Of a stretch of 64,000 nt of DNA, positions 59,853-64,000 are shown piece by piece. The DNA comes from an uncultured delta proteobacterium (GTDB taxonomy: Bacteria > Desulfobacterota > Desulfobacteria > Desulfobacterales > QNYZ01): contig CAWJQU010000008.1 in the NCBI GenBank assembly GCA_963845145.1, forward strand, positions 224,001 through 288,000. Reading direction: 5' to 3'. Every line of letters starts with the position of its first letter. The first letter of the stretch is position 1. A program made the position numbers and the translations under genes. The notes below the pieces were generated by a model. The model had not been told where the DNA came from, did no database searches, and was given only the letters and a program-made list of their open reading frames with translations.

Positions 59853-60920
59853 TTATTGGGTTTCCTTTCCCAGAGCGGATTTAAAGCGACGCGGGTCGTT
59901 GGCATAATCGTAGGCGGACTGTGTGCTGATCTTTCCTTCCTTTAACAGTGCGTCGATGGAATCATCCATCAACTGCATCCCAACACCCTTCCCTGTTTGC
60001 ATCATGGAACCAATCTGAAATGTTTTGCCATCCTTTATCAAGTTGACCAAAGGCAGGGTACCAATAAGTATTTCTGTAGCCAGTTCCATATTCTGGCCCT
60101 GATTACTTTTAATCAGGCGCTGCGTCACGACCGCCCGCAAAGCTTCGCTTAACATCGCACGTATTTGGTTTTGCTGAGTAGCGGGAAATACGTCGATGAT
60201 GCGGTCAATGGTTTTGGGGCCGCTGGATGTCGCCAGTGTACCGATAACCAAATGCCCGGTTTCAGCAGCTGATATCGCCATTGCGATGGTCTCTAAGTCC
60301 CGTAATTCACCAATCACAATCACGTCCGGATCTTCTCTTAAGGCACTTTTAAGCGCATTGCCATAAGACAAGGTGTCTTTGTTCAGTTGGCGTTGATTGA
60401 CCACTCCTTTTTTCAGCGGGTGGACAAACTCGATGGGATCTTCAATGGTTAGAATATGATGCGCGCGGTGGGTATTTAGATGGTCTACCATGGCTGCCAG
60501 AGTTGTGGATTTACCCTGCCCGGTCGCCCCGGTTACCAGGACCATTCCCTGATGATTTTCAAGGATCTTTTCCACAATTTGGGGCAAGCCCAAGTCAACC
60601 AAAAGGGGTATTTTGGGAGGGATCACCCGAAATACGGCACTCAAGCCCCGGTTGTGCTGCATGGCACTACCTCGAAAACGCCCCAACCCCTTTATCTCAT
60701 AAGCAAAATCAACCTGGAGTGCGGTGTGCAGTGTTTTTAACTGGGATGGTGTCAATATCTCTTGGATCGCTTGAGTACTCGTATCGGTCGTAAGTGGTTT
60801 GCTTTTTAATTTAACAATGCTGCCTTGCAGTCGCAGCATAAACGGCTCTCCGGGCACCACGTGAATATCGGAGGCTTTATAATTAAGAGCGGCCTTAAAC
60901 ACTTGGTCCAATATTGCCAT
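59853..60920 (-). CDS. pilT: Type IV pilus retraction ATPase paralogue
   Basis: ASDIH, GATGQGKSTT, TIEDPIE, ALREDPD, IGELRD and AETGH motifs. Confidence 0.9.
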   Translation of the reverse strand: MAILDQVFKAALNYKASDIHVVPGEPFMLRLQGSIVKLKSKPLTTDTSTQAIQEILTPSQLKTLHTALQVDFAYEIKGLGRFRGSAMQHNRGLSAVFRVIPPKIPLLVDLGLPQIVEKILENHQGMVLVTGATGQGKSTTLAAMVDHLNTHRAHHILTIEDPIEFVHPLKKGVVNQRQLNKDTLSYGNALKSALREDPDVIVIGELRDLETIAMAISAAETGHLVIGTLATSSGPKTIDRIIDVFPATQQNQIRAMLSEALRAVVTQRLIKSNQGQNMELATEILIGTLPLVNLIKDGKTFQIGSMMQTGKGVGMQLMDDSIDALLKEGKISTQSAYDYANDPRRFKSALGKETQ

Positions 60921-61047
60921 ATCATCCTCTTATCATTTTCAGCATGCAGGGATTGGAGGAACTGAATTGAGTCGCCGGGGAGGGTTTAACCGGCTTCTTT
61001 TAGGGGTTACATAACGCAACTTTCAAACTTGATCTTAAACCCGCGGG

Positions 61048-61281
61048 TCATACCGGGAAAACCGCTTCAATCGCATCGCGTCGCACATTGATAAAATTAT
61101 AGCTTTCAACATCCCCGGTTTTTCGATCCGTTATGCTGGCCGCTGTAACCGCCATAAATGATTTGGCTTCCACAAGATAATCGGTGAGCCGCGCTCCGTG
61201 GTAGAGTGCAACTTCACCCTCTATTCGGCAGGTCGCCGTTAGAATCACCACATTGTAACGATCTTCTCTATCAGAATTCAT
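61048..61281 (-). CDS. Small conserved hypothetical protein (RIEG..RLTDYL motif)
   Basis: GGAGG RBS before ATG 61281; 77 aa. Confidence 0.7.
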   Translation of the reverse strand: MNSDREDRYNVVILTATCRIEGEVALYHGARLTDYLVEAKSFMAVTAASITDRKTGDVESYNFINVRRDAIEAVFPV

Positions 61282-61559
61282 GTGCACCTCCGATACACCA
61301 TATTGATAACGGTTAGTCCGAAATCGCTCATTATTTTTGAAAATAGCTTTATAGTGATGCAATCAACAGCTAAATCTGTAAATAGCCCTGCACGTAGCCC
61401 AGTGCATGATATAGTATACAGCACTGATTCATCCTCGGGCGTGCTCGTTATTTATTATCGGCAGGTTTGAATAAAAATGAAGTAAATTCTGTTAAAATGG
61501 GTTGTATATATATACTTTTATTTGAATAATCGATAGGTTAGAAAAAAAGGATTCACCCA

Positions 61560-62366
61560 TCATTGTCTGACAAGTGCTTTTAATGCCTTTTTTCCCTCGC
61601 TACTCAATCCCATTAAATCGATGTCGCGTGACAATTGCGCCTTATCGCCATGTCCCCCAACATAGCCATTAAGCCGTGCTGCGGCCGTAGAGTTCACAAA
61701 ATCCCGGTGATGCGGATAAATATGCACCAACTCTTTCTCCAGGCCATCATAACCTTTTAAAAGGTATTTCTGGTGATAATCCTCGGCCATGGTAAAGGAT
61801 CTGAGCGGGACCACCCTGGTTTTCACTTTGTGGCCGATTTTTTGTGCCAGGGTCGCTTTGGAAGCTTCTGCCTGCAAGCGCTGCTTCTCATCATGGTAAA
61901 ATACCGCGTTCATATATTGCCGGGACCACGACCGTGTCTTAGGTTGGTGGCTTTTCCAGAAAATTTCCAACAATTGCGCATAGCTGATGCGATTCGGATC
62001 ATAATCCACCTGGACGGTTTCGGTATGATCCCCCATACGGGTATACGTTGGCGAAACTTTTTGTCCGCCGGCATACCCCACACGTGTCCGAATCACCCCC
62101 TCAATGATCCCAAACTGGGATTCGATACCCCAGAATCAGCCCAAACCGAAGGATGCGGTTTCAATTTTTGATGGCGCCATTTCATCGATGGGTGGTATCC
62201 CCGGTGATTTTATTTTGGATGCAGATGCAAGATTCATTTTATCCTCCTTTATCTCAGATGCATGGTTTGACTTTATGGCCACCACAAGGCAACTGATAGT
62301 TAAAAATAAAAATATGCTCCAAACGGTTGATTTTCGAATACGCTTTTTCTTTCTCCTCGTCTTCAT
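61560..62366 (-). CDS. msrA: Selenocysteine-containing peptide methionine sulfoxide reductase A with N-terminal hydrophobic segment
   Basis: ORF 62136..62366 reads through TGA (62136-62138) as ETASFGLG-U-FWGIESQFG into TRVGYAGG, DHTE and AEDYHQKY. A hairpin CTGGGGT-ATCGA-ATCCCAG follows the TGA. Confidence 0.9.
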
Positions 62367-62559
62367 CTCAAACGTCCTTTCATTTAAGGTTCGCGAAAAA
62401 ATATGACGTTAATTTTTCGCGAGCCCTTAGGTTACGTCAAGCTTCGATAAATACCTTAAATACCGCCGGCCAATCCTTGCACATAAATAATAACCATTTT
62501 TAGGGAGAGTTCTGTAAAGATTCGGTAAAGATTGTGGGGTTGGGCTCAACGGACAGAAA

Positions 62560-62710
62560 TGGCATAAATGATTGCTTCGTAATCCGCCTGTGGCGGATTG
62601 CGTTGTGCTTCATCCTGTCGTGGTTACGACGTACGATAAGTACCCCGTATCACAACCGATTCGCGACGAATTGAACTTGTCCGCCTTGGCAGATTACATT
62701 TTATGGCTCA
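62560..62710. repeat. Palindrome-rich intergenic element (REP/MITE-like)
   Basis: Hairpin CGTAATCCGCC-tgt-GGCGGATTGCG, a degenerate second copy TCCGCC-tt-GGCAGA, and GTAC-gataa-GTAC; it lies at the GC shift. Confidence 0.45.
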
Positions 62711-64000
62711 GTTGGTGCAAGGTAACCAGTGAAGATTCTCGGGCACCACCTTCGTCCACAACGGGAAGCGATCCGCCTCGGCGTCGACCGGATTCCGTGT
62801 GATGGAGGAGGCAGAGAAATTCCACGATGCGCCTTCGGCTGACCGTTGAGCTTGACCGTTCCACGTCCAGGGAACAACGCGGAGAGGGACCCAGATCGCC
62901 CCATCCGTGTCGGGTCGAAATAGCAGGAACATCTCGAAATCGTGAAGGGCTGAGATCCTGAGGTCGTACGTGGTCGCCGGGACACCGGGGTTGTCCGTCG
63001 CACGAGGTCCAGGCGCATACGGGTACTTGGTGTCCAGGCCTTCGATCTGGATCTCCATGCAGGAGCCGACGGTGGAACTGGTGCCCATCTCGGTCCGCGC
63101 GTCGGTCTTGACGAGCTGGACGTATTGTGTTTTCCCAGGCGTGGTCCACGGCAGGGGTTCGTGACGGAACGTGATTGTGTGCTCTCCTTCCACGACGCAG
63201 ACGAGCTCCTCGTTGGCGGAGTCCTTCATCCGCAGGACCTGGAATTGGGCTTCCAGCGGAACGACCATGCGAACCCGGGTCTCCGGCTCCTTGACACGAA
63301 AGCGAGCCTTCACTTGTTTCGATCCGCCCATCGACGTACGGACGGTGATCGTTCTTTCTCCCGACTCGCCCCACCAATGGAAGGTCACGGACCCACCTTT
63401 GCGCTCCGTCGGGTCGAGCGGATCCACGGTGGCCTTCCCAAAGCCATTGGGCGCCCCCTTCACGGCCCAGTCCTCGACGACACGACCGGGAATCGTCCAC
63501 TTTCCGTCCGACGCCTCCTTCTCTTGCGGTAGGAGGACGGCTCTCAGCTCCACGCGCTCCCCGGTTATTACATCCCACGGGAAATCGCCTTCTTCGTAGG
63601 TAACATCCGACCACGCATCACCGTCACGGCGCTGTATCTGAAGGGCCTTCGGTTTCCCCGCTCGATAGGACACCTGGATTTGCACATTACCACCCGGCAC
63701 ATGGTCTGATAGTATGGGTGAGGCGCCATAGTCCAGGATCTGCGCCTGAGGTGAGCTGAAGCTCACACGCTCCTCCTGGTTCCATTGATGGACTCCTCGG
63801 ATCCGCCCGTTCTTCATAGCGCCCTGGGCGTGAAGCACTAAGATCCGCTTCCCCGAAGTATGAGAGGGATATGGTGCGGGAAAGCAGTCCTTCTGCCGCT
63901 GGTCGATGGTCGTATTGATCATCTTCTGCACCATCAGTACGTAGACGCCGTCGGTGTTAGGTGAACCCCCATAGACAAGGGCCGCCATGCCGGCACTCTG
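62708..64000 (-). CDS. GC-rich hypothetical protein, probably N-terminally truncated by the window edge
   Basis: The frame stays open to position 64000. Beta-rich sequence with GLDTKYPY..TDNPG..FLLFRP..IWVPL..W.W; no family recognised. Confidence 0.65.
   Translation of the reverse strand, partial: QSAGMAALVYGGSPNTDGVYVLMVQKMINTTIDQRQKDCFPAPYPSHTSGKRILVLHAQGAMKNGRIRGVHQWNQEERVSFSSPQAQILDYGASPILSDHVPGGNVQIQVSYRAGKPKALQIQRRDGDAWSDVTYEEGDFPWDVITGERVELRAVLLPQEKEASDGKWTIPGRVVEDWAVKGAPNGFGKATVDPLDPTERKGGSVTFHWWGESGERTITVRTSMGGSKQVKARFRVKEPETRVRMVVPLEAQFQVLRMKDSANEELVCVVEGEHTITFRHEPLPWTTPGKTQYVQLVKTDARTEMGTSSTVGSCMEIQIEGLDTKYPYAPGPRATDNPGVPATTYDLRISALHDFEMFLLFRPDTDGAIWVPLRVVPWTWNGQAQRSAEGASWNFSASSITRNPVDAEADRFPLWTKVVPENLHWLPCTN

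Noticed and set aside
62694..63614. 306-aa alternative-frame ORF
   Set aside because: Arg/Gly-rich frame typical of high-GC shadows; it overlaps the more protein-like 62708 ORF.

Overview
This window is bacterial chromosomal DNA of moderate GC. Gene content (class II benzoyl-CoA reductase, selenoproteins, sigma54 promoters, PAS hybrid kinase) suggests an anaerobic Desulfobacterales-like organism; this is inference. From left to right it contains: (1) a decayed surface-protein region interrupted by a ~1.39-kb IS110/IS1111-family element whose ends, circle-junction promoter and bridge/seek-RNA guide loops can be read from the sequence; (2) an SLC12/CCC-like transporter, a dppABCDF-type ABC operon, and rsgA with a candidate leader peptide; (3) a TetR-led bamBCDEFGHI-type aryl-CoA reductase operon with selenocysteine BamF; (4) spmAB, ferritin-like, NUDIX and hybrid kinase genes; (5) a glycine-betaine/dimethylglycine catabolism island (MttB-like, GFA, etfAB, DMG dehydrogenase, BCCT) that also encodes a ProX-fused GluR0-type ligand-gated K+ channel; (6) an ODP di-iron sensor plus pseudo-receiver, and three adjacent frameshifted genes; (7) a REP doublet, hutC with a methyltransferase and LIV-type ABC transporter, tandem pilT paralogues and Sec-MsrA; (8) the end of a GC-rich foreign ORF. 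The best novelty candidates are the betaine-binding-domain/iGluR K+ channel and the IS110 guide RNA, which appears programmed to target ribosome-binding sites and has a third antisense copy inside its transposase gene. No rRNA, intact tRNA or CRISPR array was seen.
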